Source: an uncultured Gemmatimonadales bacterium
GTDB lineage: Bacteria; Gemmatimonadota; Gemmatimonadetes; Longimicrobiales; RSA9
DNA: 64,000 nucleotides
Direction: 5' to 3'
Assembly (NCBI GenBank): GCA_963798085.1
Contig: CAWCRS010000003.1
Location: forward strand, 713,573 to 777,572
The notes beneath the pieces were generated by a model. It made no database searches and was not told the DNA's origin. It saw nothing but the letters and a program-made list of their open reading frames with translations. Each line of letters begins with the position of its first letter. Within the stretch, counting starts at the first letter, position 1. Shown in pieces: positions 28,418 through 36,722 of this stretch. A program made the translations under genes and the position numbers.

Positions 28418-28915
28418 TCAGACCTGCCGATCCAGGAGCGCGCCGTGATCAGCGCCTCCCAGCCCTCCACCCGAAGTCACTGCGCCGCTCAGGACCTGGA
28501 TCAGTCGATTGCCCTGCTCCAGCGCGCCCTCGAGCACGCGGCGGTTGATGCGGATCTCACGGGCCAGAATGCGGGCTTCGTGACTCACCCGATCCCTCGT
28601 TTCCGCGAGTTCCAGCGTCATCTCATCTCCCAGTATCGTCTCCAACTGGTGCAAAGGCGTAGTTTCCGAGCCGGTCAGGATCGCCATCAGGGTGCGGCGG
28701 CGGATCTGCGCCTCGCGCAGCGTGCCCAGCACGCGGTGCGCGGCGAAGACGCTGCCATCCACCACTTCGAGGTCATCCGCGGCAATGCCTTCCCGCTGGC
28801 GGCGCAGAATCCCGTGCAGCTCGCTCAGCAGCCGCTCTTCCGCGGCCAGCGCCTCGGTGAGCAGCGCGCTGTCAGGCGGCGCCAGCTCCAGCACGGTGTT
28901 GTCCGCGCGCATCAT
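28418..28915 (-). CDS. FlgN-like export chaperone (hypothetical)
   Basis: 165-aa helical protein between flgI/J and flgK. The call rests on synteny and composition only. Confidence 0.4.
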   Translation of the reverse strand: MMRADNTVLELAPPDSALLTEALAAEERLLSELHGILRRQREGIAADDLEVVDGSVFAAHRVLGTLREAQIRRRTLMAILTGSETTPLHQLETILGDEMTLELAETRDRVSHEARILAREIRINRRVLEGALEQGNRLIQVLSGAVTSGGGLGGADHGALLDRQV

Positions 28916-30261
28916 TGGCCGCCTCCGGGGTTCTGCTGCTGCGATGGCAGCTTGTCGACCAGCTGGCGATACAGCGCATCACCGATCCGGTGCTGCTTCA
29001 CGGCGGCCGCCTCGGCGACGTGCTCGTCCATCATGCTCGTGAACATGGCTTCGCCTTCGCCGCCGTCGAGCGCGCCGTCCTGTGGCACCGTGTCGCGCAT
29101 GGCCTTGAACAGCTGTTCCATGAACACACCCTCCAGCTGGCTCGTCGCCTTGCGCAGCCGGGCCTTGTCATCATCCGGTCCGCCGGCACCCAAACCCGGC
29201 GTTAGCGAGTCGAGTGGGCGGATCATTCGGACTTTCACCTCCGCCGTCAGCGCGCCCACGCGGTGCAGCGATTCGAAGATCGCCGCGATCACCGGTGCGG
29301 GTGCACCTACGGCCTGCAGCGCGGACGCGACATCCTGCACACTCGCGCCTGGCGCCACTCGTACTTCGCCGGCCGCAGGCTGATCCGTACGGGTCGCGCC
29401 CACGGTCAGGGTCAGGCCGCCGTGGCTCACCACGCCCGGCCCCACTGTCACTTCGCCACCAACCACGACCGTGCCGTCGCGTGTATCCACCAGCACCGTC
29501 GCCGCGGCGTCGCGCTTCACGCGCAGGTCCGCGATCTTCGCCAGTGTCACCGCAGTGCCACCGGCCGAGTCCTTCAGCGTCAGAGCCACCGCGCCGGGGT
29601 CTTCCACCTGCGCGCTGTTCTCGCCGATCGCCGTGTTGATCGCTTCCGCGATTTTCACGGCGGTCCCTATGTTCGGCTCACGCAGCAGCAACCTTGAGGG
29701 CGAAGTGACGGCCGGTTTGGGCAGGTCTGCCAGCAGCAGCGCGCCATCCGGAATTCTCGCCGTCGTTTCCACGCTGTAGCCGCCGCGCGCAACTTCGCCC
29801 TCGCTCAGCAGTAACGGTCCCTGCGCCGTGGCCACGGCGGGACTGCCGGGATCGAAGACGAGTGGCGTCGCCCAGAGCACACCGCCGCGCAGGGAAGAGG
29901 CATCGCCCACGGAGGCGACGTGCACCTCGAAGCGACCGCCCGGCCGCAGGAACGGCGAGGCCTCCGCCGTGACCAGCACGGCGGCGACGTTGCGCGTGCG
30001 CAGCACTTCCGCCGGCACCTCGATGCCGAAGTTGCGCAGCAGGTTCACGACGGACTGCACGGTGTGCCGCGCGCCGAAGCTGCCAATGGCGCGATCGCCT
30101 GTGCCGTCCAGACCCACGACCAGGCCGTAGCCGACGACGCGCACCGGCACGTTCACGTCGGTTATGGCCAGATCGCCAATGCGCGCGTCCTGCGCGCGTG
30201 CCTCGCTGCCGCCTGCAATGAGGGCGGCCGCGAGCACAACGGGGAGAAGCGTTTGCCTCAT
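28912..30261 (-). CDS. flgI: P-ring protein FlgI fused in frame to a FlgJ-type rod-binding domain
   Basis: It has a Sec signal (MRQTLLPVVLAAALIAGGSEARA). The FlgI body runs through ...HRVGALTAEVKV. There is no stop, and then come 104 aa from an internal ATG (29224-29226): ...KATSQLEGVFMEQLFKAMRDT...GEAMFTSMMDEHVA...IGDALYRQL. That segment matches the Rod-binding / FlgJ N-domain pattern. Confidence 0.8.
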   Translation of the reverse strand: MRQTLLPVVLAAALIAGGSEARAQDARIGDLAITDVNVPVRVVGYGLVVGLDGTGDRAIGSFGARHTVQSVVNLLRNFGIEVPAEVLRTRNVAAVLVTAEASPFLRPGGRFEVHVASVGDASSLRGGVLWATPLVFDPGSPAVATAQGPLLLSEGEVARGGYSVETTARIPDGALLLADLPKPAVTSPSRLLLREPNIGTAVKIAEAINTAIGENSAQVEDPGAVALTLKDSAGGTAVTLAKIADLRVKRDAAATVLVDTRDGTVVVGGEVTVGPGVVSHGGLTLTVGATRTDQPAAGEVRVAPGASVQDVASALQAVGAPAPVIAAIFESLHRVGALTAEVKVRMIRPLDSLTPGLGAGGPDDDKARLRKATSQLEGVFMEQLFKAMRDTVPQDGALDGGEGEAMFTSMMDEHVAEAAAVKQHRIGDALYRQLVDKLPSQQQNPGGGQ

Positions 30262-30902
30262 GGCCAGAGCATTCCCAGGATGCGGGCGAAGATTCCCTGC
30301 TTCGGCTTGCCCAGATCGCCCTTGGATTCGTACGCCAACTCGGCGTTAGCCAGACGCCACGACTCGACAATGTTGCGGGCCGAAATGTCCTGCGCGCGTA
30401 CCCAGCCCGTGATGGTGACCTTCTGCACCGCCTTGTCCAGCTTCAGCGTGCGCGTGCCTTCGATCTTCAGCAGACCGCCCGGCTCGACCGAGACCACGCG
30501 CGCCGAAAGCTCGGTGGTCAGGCCGTCGCGCCGGTCCGCCTGCCCCTTCACATTGGACGAATTGTCCAGCGATGTGCGGAAATCGACGTTCTTCTGCGTG
30601 CCGCTGGGCAGATTCGCGCCCAGGCTGCCTGTCGTGGAGCGGCCCGCCTGATCGACGTTGGACTTCTGTGCCAATGCGATCGTCTGCGCATCCACGAGCA
30701 GCGTCACCACATCGCCCACGCGGAAATCGCGGCGGTCCGTGGTCCAGTTGCCCAGGCCCGGCCGCAGCGCGGGCTTCGTGCTGTCCGCCTGCTGCGTGGC
30801 CGCCTGTCCGCCCGTCTGTCCCGCGGCCTGCGCCCTTGCGGGCGAGGCGCTTGCGGACAGTGCTGTCAGCAGCAGCAGCCAGCGTCCTGCGTGCCTGCTC
30901 AT
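30258..30902 (-). CDS. flgH: L-ring protein FlgH (no Cys, so not lipidated)
   Basis: 214 aa with a signal peptide and FlgH family core (RDFRVGDVVTLLV ... LKIEGTRTLKLDKAVQKVTITGWVRAQDI). Confidence 0.85.
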   Translation of the reverse strand: MSRHAGRWLLLLTALSASASPARAQAAGQTGGQAATQQADSTKPALRPGLGNWTTDRRDFRVGDVVTLLVDAQTIALAQKSNVDQAGRSTTGSLGANLPSGTQKNVDFRTSLDNSSNVKGQADRRDGLTTELSARVVSVEPGGLLKIEGTRTLKLDKAVQKVTITGWVRAQDISARNIVESWRLANAELAYESKGDLGKPKQGIFARILGMLWP

Positions 30903-31642
30903 GTGTCCTCCCTGAGGTTGCCGCGACCGCCTTCATTGCCTGCATGGTCCGCGCTGGCCGGTCCCTGCCGCACGACACCGGGCGCGATGACCGTACCTTC
31001 GAGCAGTCTGCCCGTCGCCGCGCGCACCGAAACCCGTCCGCCCAGCGGCGCCGCACCCGCGGCCCGGCCGGACAGTGTGATGGTGACCTGTCCACGTGTC
31101 ACGATGAGCTGCACGGTATCACCCGGCCGCACCGCCAGCGGCGGCTCCACCGCGGGCGAGCGCAACGGCTCTCCCGCGCTGATGCGACGCTTCACGGTCC
31201 ACCCTGAGACTGGCTCCGTGGTAGTGCGGGGTGGCCCCCATTGCAGCTCGCTGTCCAGCCGCATGTCTGCGGCGCTCAGTGTGGCGCCGCGCTCGAGGTC
31301 GTGGGCCGCCACCTGCACGGTGGCCAGCACACCGGCGCGCACCAGCAGCCGCTTCTCGACGCCGGCCGCAGTGCAGGCGACGATCCAGGTACCGTCCTGG
31401 CCGTCGCCCAGAAGCCGCACTGCGTCCGCCGCTGCCGGCCATTGCGCCGGGGGCGAAGGTTCGACGCGCACGCGTGCGGCGGCCACGCCCCAGCGCGCCG
31501 CCACCGCCTGCGCCACTGCCTCGGCAATGGCCAGACCGGCCGGTGCCCCGGCGGGCCGGACCGCATCGCCTGCATCCTGCGCGCGCAGCGGTCCGCCGGC
31601 CAGCAGCAGCACGGCAAATAGCGTGTTAGCGAAGCAGCGCAT
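30899..31642 (-). CDS. flgA: P-ring assembly chaperone FlgA
   Basis: Signal peptide plus a SAF-like C-terminus (VRPGDTVQLIVTRGQVTITLSGRA...GGRVSV). The ATG at 31642 was chosen as start. Confidence 0.75.
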   Translation of the reverse strand: MRCFANTLFAVLLLAGGPLRAQDAGDAVRPAGAPAGLAIAEAVAQAVAARWGVAAARVRVEPSPPAQWPAAADAVRLLGDGQDGTWIVACTAAGVEKRLLVRAGVLATVQVAAHDLERGATLSAADMRLDSELQWGPPRTTTEPVSGWTVKRRISAGEPLRSPAVEPPLAVRPGDTVQLIVTRGQVTITLSGRAAGAAPLGGRVSVRAATGRLLEGTVIAPGVVRQGPASADHAGNEGGRGNLREDT

Positions 31643-32414
31643 TCGTCTCCTGTGACATGTCATCGCCCGCCTTCACCGCCTTGGAGTTGACCTCGTAGGC
31701 GCGCAGGGCCGCGATCATGTCGACCATTTCCTGCACCACTTCCACGTTGCTGGCCTCGAGCGAGCCCTGGATCAGGCGGCCGAAGCCGTTCTCCTGGGGC
31801 AGTCCCTCGGTCGGCTCACCGGACGCGACGGTCTGCACGAACAGGTTCTCACCCATGGCGCGCAGACCCGTGGGATTGGCGAAGCGCACCAGCGAGAGGC
31901 GGCCCAGCTCGACGGGATTGGCGACGTCACTGGTCACGGCCGTGATGACGCCGGTCTGTGAGACCGAGACCTCGCGTGCATCGGGCGGCAGGGTAATGCC
32001 GGGCTCGACGATGTAGCCGCCGTGTGTGACGATGGTGCCCTGGTCGGACACCGAGAGGTTGCCATCGCGCGTGTAGGCCTGCGTGCCGTCCGGCATGGTG
32101 ACGGCGAAGAAGCCTTCGCCATCAATGGCCAGGTCCAGCGGCCGGCCCGTCTGCTCGAGTGCGCCCTGCTCATCGATGCGCTGCACCGCGGCCAGCCGCG
32201 TGCCTCGCCCGATCTGCACGGCTTCCGTGGTCTGTGCGGCGCTGCCGCCCACGGTGGCCGGCGCTTCGACCATCTGATAGAGCAGATCCTCGAAGTGCGC
32301 GCGGCTGCGCTTGAAGCCGGTCGTGTTCACGTTTGCCAGGTTGTTGGCGATCACTTCGACGCGCAGCTGCTGCGCCGTCATGCCGGTGGCCGCCGTGCGA
32401 AGTCCTGGATCCAT
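31626..32414 (-). CDS. flgG: distal rod protein FlgG
   Basis: N-terminus is MDPGLRTAATGMTAQQLRVEVIANNLANVNTTGFK. C-terminus is ...SNVEVVQEMVDMIAALRAYEVNSKAVKAGDDM. Confidence 0.9.
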   Translation of the reverse strand: MDPGLRTAATGMTAQQLRVEVIANNLANVNTTGFKRSRAHFEDLLYQMVEAPATVGGSAAQTTEAVQIGRGTRLAAVQRIDEQGALEQTGRPLDLAIDGEGFFAVTMPDGTQAYTRDGNLSVSDQGTIVTHGGYIVEPGITLPPDAREVSVSQTGVITAVTSDVANPVELGRLSLVRFANPTGLRAMGENLFVQTVASGEPTEGLPQENGFGRLIQGSLEASNVEVVQEMVDMIAALRAYEVNSKAVKAGDDMSQETNALLR

Positions 32415-32448
32415 GGCTCTCGTCCTCTGGTTGCCGGTACGGTCGCGA

Positions 32449-33150
32449 TCAGCCCACACGGCCAATGCGGTTGACGACGGTGTCCATGACGCCGTCGAGC
32501 GTGCGCACGCCGCCCAGGACCGAGGCGTAGGCGCGCTGGATCGTGATCAGCTCGACCATGGAGTCGAGTGTGTTGGTGTTGCTGTCTTCGAGGTGGCCCT
32601 GGCGTACGCCCGAGTCCGGTCCCTTGATCGGCGTGGTCGGCCCCCTGGCGACGTAGAGGGAGCCCGCCTGGTGCTCCAGCTGATCCATCGAGCCCACGGA
32701 CTCGATGCGCAGCCGTCCCAGCCTGTTGCCGTTGGCGCGCACCGTGCCGTCCTGCTCGATGGCGAGGGTCGCGCCCTCGGGCACGGTGATGGGGCCGTCC
32801 TCCCCTAACAGTGCGTTACCGGATGTGTCGACAATGCGGCTCCGGTCATCCAGCTGGAAGCCGCCGCCGCGCGTCAGGCGCTCGCCCTGCGGTGTGGAGA
32901 CGACGAAGAAGCGGTCGTCACCCACGAGCGCGAGGTCGAGCGGATTGCCGGTGGGGCGCAGCCCGCCACTGCGCGCATCCGTGCGCGCGCCAATGTCGAC
33001 GGTTGCGTCCCCCAGCAGTCGCGCAAACACCCGCTCAGCCTTGAAGCCTGGTGTCTCCGCGTTGGCCAGGTTGTTGGTGGCGACCTGCTGACGCAGCTCC
33101 CAGTAGCGGAGCGCTGCGGCCGCGTCGCCCAGTGATCCGGGTCCGTTCAT
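32449..33150 (-). CDS. flgF: proximal rod protein FlgF
   Basis: Contains QVATNNLANAETPGFKAE and ...SNTNTLDSMVELITIQRAYASV. The ATG at 33150 is preceded by GGGAGGA. Confidence 0.85.
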   Translation of the reverse strand: MNGPGSLGDAAAALRYWELRQQVATNNLANAETPGFKAERVFARLLGDATVDIGARTDARSGGLRPTGNPLDLALVGDDRFFVVSTPQGERLTRGGGFQLDDRSRIVDTSGNALLGEDGPITVPEGATLAIEQDGTVRANGNRLGRLRIESVGSMDQLEHQAGSLYVARGPTTPIKGPDSGVRQGHLEDSNTNTLDSMVELITIQRAYASVLGGVRTLDGVMDTVVNRIGRVG

Positions 33151-33175
33151 CGTGATCCTCCCGGTGAGGCAGGGG

Positions 33176-33190
33176 GCAACGGTCGTGCCA
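33176..33190 (-). promoter_or_regulatory. sigma-54 promoter of the flgF operon (consensus)
   Basis: The minus strand reads TGGCAC-gaccg-TTGC. It lies 25 nt upstream of the flgF ATG. Confidence 0.75.
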
Positions 33191-33230
33191 TTGCGCAGGG
33201 TTCTCGCCGCATCAGCCATCCCTCGCCATA

Positions 33231-34361
33231 TCAGTGTGTTAGAGCAGTTGCCGCAGTCCTGGCCTGACCCTGCCGCGGCCCCCGTCGAGGGGAAGTTTCT
33301 GCCGCAACCGGCAGCTTTGGCCGACCCGTCACCAGCAGCACGGCCGCGTCACGCGGCAGTCCGGTCTGGCGTGCAATGGCCTCCGCGTCCAGCCCCTTCT
33401 GCGCCAGTGTGCGCGCCGCCCACACGCGCGCGTCCGCATTGATGGCGGCGGCCGGCACTGCCGTCGACCGCCGTGGCCGCCGCAGCCAGGTCACGCCCAG
33501 AGCCAGCAGCGCGAGCGCGATGGCGCCCGAGACAATGGGCAGAACGGGCAGCCTGCCCGGCACGGTCGCGATGCGCCTCGCCGCGGCCGCGAGGGTCGAG
33601 CCTGCTGCGCGTATGGCCCGTGTCAGCCGCGCGGGCACGCTGCGCAGTGTTGCCAGCACCGTGGCTGTCGCGCTGCTGCGTGTGGGCGCTGCCTGCTGTG
33701 GCGGCTGACCCTGCGTGGCGCCCGCCCTGCCCTGCATCCCGCTGTTCGGGTTGTCGGTCGCTTCCCTGCCGGACCCGGCCGAGCGGGCGGCGGCGCGGGC
33801 CGCGGTAACGGGCAGCACCGGTGTTATTGCAGTGTTAGCACGGCCGCTGCTGTCGGGTTCGAGCCAGAGGCTGGCGCCGGCGTCGTCGTCTATCATGCCA
33901 TAGGCGCGCAGGCCGGGCGCATCCACGATGAGGCGCAGCGTGTCGGCGCTCGTTTCCGCGTTGAGCGCCAGCAGACCGGCCGCGCTCACGGCTGCTTCAT
34001 CCGCGGCGGCGGGTGCCGGTGTGCCCGTGAGGGTGACATAGAGACGGACCCGGCCTTCGAGCAGGAACGGCTCGCTCAGCACGGGCAGGGCGCTGGTGTG
34101 CATGCCGGTGTGCACGTAGACGCGGTCCGCGTCGCGTTCCACGCGCAGCCGTGCCGTGGCGGGTGCCCCGCCCGAGCGATGCGTCGCGGCCGGGACGGGC
34201 GCCGGCGGCACGTGCACCCTGATGTGCGGCATGGCAATGACGGGCAGGCCCACACCGAGCGTGTCCTGCGCCGCCAGCTGTGCCGCCAGGCAGCAGAGTG
34301 CGGTAATGGCCAGCAGTGCCACGCGCGTGGCGAGGCCGGTGGCAGATTCGTGCTTCCGCAT
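33231..34361 (-). CDS. hypothetical bitopic membrane protein translationally coupled to fliA
   Basis: 376 aa. It has a signal peptide, a domain of about 235 aa outside the membrane, a TM helix (LPVLPIVSGAIALALLALGVTWL) followed by RRPRR, and a cytoplasmic helix-turn-helix-like tail (GLDAEAIARQTGLPRDAAVLL). Its ATG shares one nt with the fliA TGA. Confidence 0.55.
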   Translation of the reverse strand: MRKHESATGLATRVALLAITALCCLAAQLAAQDTLGVGLPVIAMPHIRVHVPPAPVPAATHRSGGAPATARLRVERDADRVYVHTGMHTSALPVLSEPFLLEGRVRLYVTLTGTPAPAAADEAAVSAAGLLALNAETSADTLRLIVDAPGLRAYGMIDDDAGASLWLEPDSSGRANTAITPVLPVTAARAAARSAGSGREATDNPNSGMQGRAGATQGQPPQQAAPTRSSATATVLATLRSVPARLTRAIRAAGSTLAAAARRIATVPGRLPVLPIVSGAIALALLALGVTWLRRPRRSTAVPAAAINADARVWAARTLAQKGLDAEAIARQTGLPRDAAVLLVTGRPKLPVAAETSPRRGPRQGQARTAATALTH

Positions 34362-35134
34362 CAGTCTTCCTCCCGCAGGTGGCGCATGCGCGTGCGCAGC
34401 GTCTTCAGCGCCTTGGTGCGGATCTGTGATACGCGTGATTCGGTGATGCCCAGGACTTCCGCGATCTGGCGCAGCTTCAGCTCGTCGTAGTAGTAGAGCA
34501 TGAGCACGATGCGCTCGCGGTCGCCCAGCTTGAGGAACTCGCGGCGCATGGCCAGCCGCTCTTCGTCGAAGCCGATGCGCTCGTCCACTTCATCGCCGGA
34601 AGCGCCCGCGATCAGCTCGCCGATCGTGGGGCCTTCGCCTTCCGCGTTGCGTGTGGGCTGGTCCAGCGACACCTGCGATGCGCGGCGTGCGGCGGACTTC
34701 CAGCGGTGCAGCGTTTCCAGATCGATCTGCATGCGCTCGGCCGTCTGCCGGGCGCTGACCTCGCCGTCCTGCTCCGCCGCCACCTCGCGCTCGGCGCGCG
34801 CGATCAGGCGCTGGCGCTTGCGCACGGTGCGTGCGGCAATGTCGGACCTGCGCAGGTCATCGATGATGGCGCCCCGTATGCGCGGCACGGCGAAGGTGCT
34901 GAACGCGAGGCCGCGCTCGGGCTCGTAGGTGTCGATCGCGCCGAGCAGGCCGATGCAGCCGGCATTCACCAGGTCGTCCAGCTGCACATTGCCGCTCAAA
35001 CGCCGCATTATGGTGCGCGCCACGTGGTAGACGAGGGGCAGATGCTTTTCCACTATGCGATCGCGTGTCCCCGCATTGCGCGAGGCCACGTAGTCATTCC
35101 AGAGCGTCGTCGCTTCCGATTCCATGTTCTGCAT
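34361..35134 (-). CDS. fliA: flagellar sigma-28 factor FliA
   Basis: 257 aa with sigma-70 regions 2, 3 and 4 (LPLVYHVAR..., FSTFAVPRIRGAIID, LKLRQIAEVLGITESRVSQI). Confidence 0.9.
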   Translation of the reverse strand: MQNMESEATTLWNDYVASRNAGTRDRIVEKHLPLVYHVARTIMRRLSGNVQLDDLVNAGCIGLLGAIDTYEPERGLAFSTFAVPRIRGAIIDDLRRSDIAARTVRKRQRLIARAEREVAAEQDGEVSARQTAERMQIDLETLHRWKSAARRASQVSLDQPTRNAEGEGPTIGELIAGASGDEVDERIGFDEERLAMRREFLKLGDRERIVLMLYYYDELKLRQIAEVLGITESRVSQIRTKALKTLRTRMRHLREED

Positions 35135-35937
35135 CAGGTCACGTGCAGGGGCGCGAAGCTGCGTCGCGCGGGCCGGCCCAGCAGCAGTTCAGCGAGCAGG
35201 CGGGCAGCCAGTCTCGCGGGACCATCCGTGGTGGCGGGGGACTGTCCGGTTTCGGTGGCCGAGCGCAGCGCTCCATCTTCCGGAATCACGCCGGCCGGCG
35301 TCACCGTACGACTGAGGAACTCCTCGACACCGGCGGCCACCGCGGCGAACGCGGCACTGCCTTCCGCCGGATCACAGCGGTTGAACAGCACCGCGACCGG
35401 CAGCGCCGTGAACTTCTCGCTCACGTACTTGACGAGCGCGTAGGTGGCCACGGTGCTGAGACGGTCGTGGCTGCCCACGGCGAGGAAGATGCCGGCGCCC
35501 GCGGGCACGGCCGCACCCACCGCCTCGCAGGTTGCGCCCGCATCGACCACGACGAACGCGTAGTCGTCGTAGCGGGTGGCAATGCGGCGCAGTGCGGCCC
35601 GCCGTTCGCCGGTGCTCAGCTGCCCGCCTGCCTCCACGCTGACGAGGGTCAGGTGGGGCGAGAGCGTGCGGTACGCGGGTAACCCTGCGTTAGCATCGTC
35701 GCCTGCCATGACCGGCAGACCCAGCAGCGAGCTGATGGAGCTGCCCGAGGGCGAGGCATTGACGAGCAGCGTGTCGCGACCGAGCTGGGCGCCGCCCATG
35801 GCTACGAGCGTGCTTACGGTGGACACGCCCACGCCGCCCTTGCCGCCGCCCACGACGACCGCCTGCGTGACCGGGCGCCACGCACCGGTCGGGCGGGCGC
35901 CAACGAAGGCGCGCAGTGTTTCCAGCTGGCGACTCAT
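35134..35937 (-). CDS. flhG: FlhG/MinD-like ATPase homologue with degenerate P-loop
   Basis: ParA/MinD fold in the flhF-flhG-fliA position. Deviant Walker A reads GGGKGGVGVST, with Val (35824-35826) replacing the canonical GK[ST] Lys. Walker B is FVVVDAG. Confidence 0.7.
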   Translation of the reverse strand: MSRQLETLRAFVGARPTGAWRPVTQAVVVGGGKGGVGVSTVSTLVAMGGAQLGRDTLLVNASPSGSSISSLLGLPVMAGDDANAGLPAYRTLSPHLTLVSVEAGGQLSTGERRAALRRIATRYDDYAFVVVDAGATCEAVGAAVPAGAGIFLAVGSHDRLSTVATYALVKYVSEKFTALPVAVLFNRCDPAEGSAAFAAVAAGVEEFLSRTVTPAGVIPEDGALRSATETGQSPATTDGPARLAARLLAELLLGRPARRSFAPLHVT

Positions 35938-36722
35938 GGCCGGCTCACCGCGTTCACGGTGCGTGCCTGGCGCCGTACGGCTGCAGGCCTGGCCGCGGCC
36001 AGGTCATCGGGAACGCCGGGACCGTCGCTGAGCCAGCGCGCGGGCAGCGCCAGCGCTTCCGCCAGCTCGGTCACGCCCGCGCGGCCCGGCACTTCATTGA
36101 GCATGGTGAGCAGCGCGTGTGTGGGCCGGCAGCGGCGCAGTGCGTCGCGCATGGCGACGGCCACGTCGGCGCGCATGCTCGCGGGAATCACGAGGTGCAC
36201 TTCGTCGGCCTGCAGTGCGGCGAGCGACGCCTGCCAGTCGAGATCCAGCACACCGCGGAGTCCGCGTCCGGGGGTGTCCACGATCACGACATCGCAATCA
36301 CTCAACCGGTGCATCGCCTGACTCACGCCGGCGGCGTCGTACGCCACTTCCAGCGGCAGTCCCACGATCTCGGCAAACACCTGCAGCTGTTCCACCGCGG
36401 CCGCGCGGTAGGTATCGAGCGTCAGCAGACCCACGCTGCGGCCGGCAAAACCCGCGCTGTGCAGGGCCAGCTTCACGGCGGTGGTGGTCTTGCCCGCGCC
36501 GGGTGGACCAATGAGTGCGACGACGTACACGCCGCGTTCCTGGCGCAGCTGCTCGCCGGCTTCTTCCGCGAGTGCCGCGGGTGCGGCCATCACCTCGTAG
36601 CCGGACCGTCCGGTTTCGGCGGGGCCGCGCACGGAGACGATGACGACGTCGTCGCCCAGCGCCTGCCGTGCTTCCTCGAGCAGCCGCGTCAGATCGGGGC
36701 CGCGAAAGATTTCAGCCTGCAT
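35934..36722 (-). CDS. flhF: flagellar SRP-type GTPase FlhF (short; altered G4 motif)
   Basis: G1 is GPPGAGKTTT and G3 is DTPGR. G4 reads TMLN (36096-36107) instead of TKLD. Confidence 0.8.
   Translation of the reverse strand: MQAEIFRGPDLTRLLEEARQALGDDVVIVSVRGPAETGRSGYEVMAAPAALAEEAGEQLRQERGVYVVALIGPPGAGKTTTAVKLALHSAGFAGRSVGLLTLDTYRAAAVEQLQVFAEIVGLPLEVAYDAAGVSQAMHRLSDCDVVIVDTPGRGLRGVLDLDWQASLAALQADEVHLVIPASMRADVAVAMRDALRRCRPTHALLTMLNEVPGRAGVTELAEALALPARWLSDGPGVPDDLAAARPAAVRRQARTVNAVSRP

Noticed and set aside
29219-29229. Programmed frameshift or readthrough at the ATGA junctions of flgI/flgJ-N and fliM/fliN (also 42655-42662).
   Set aside because: Both partners are already in the same frame, so no recoding is needed. 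No slippery heptamer or stimulatory structure is evident.
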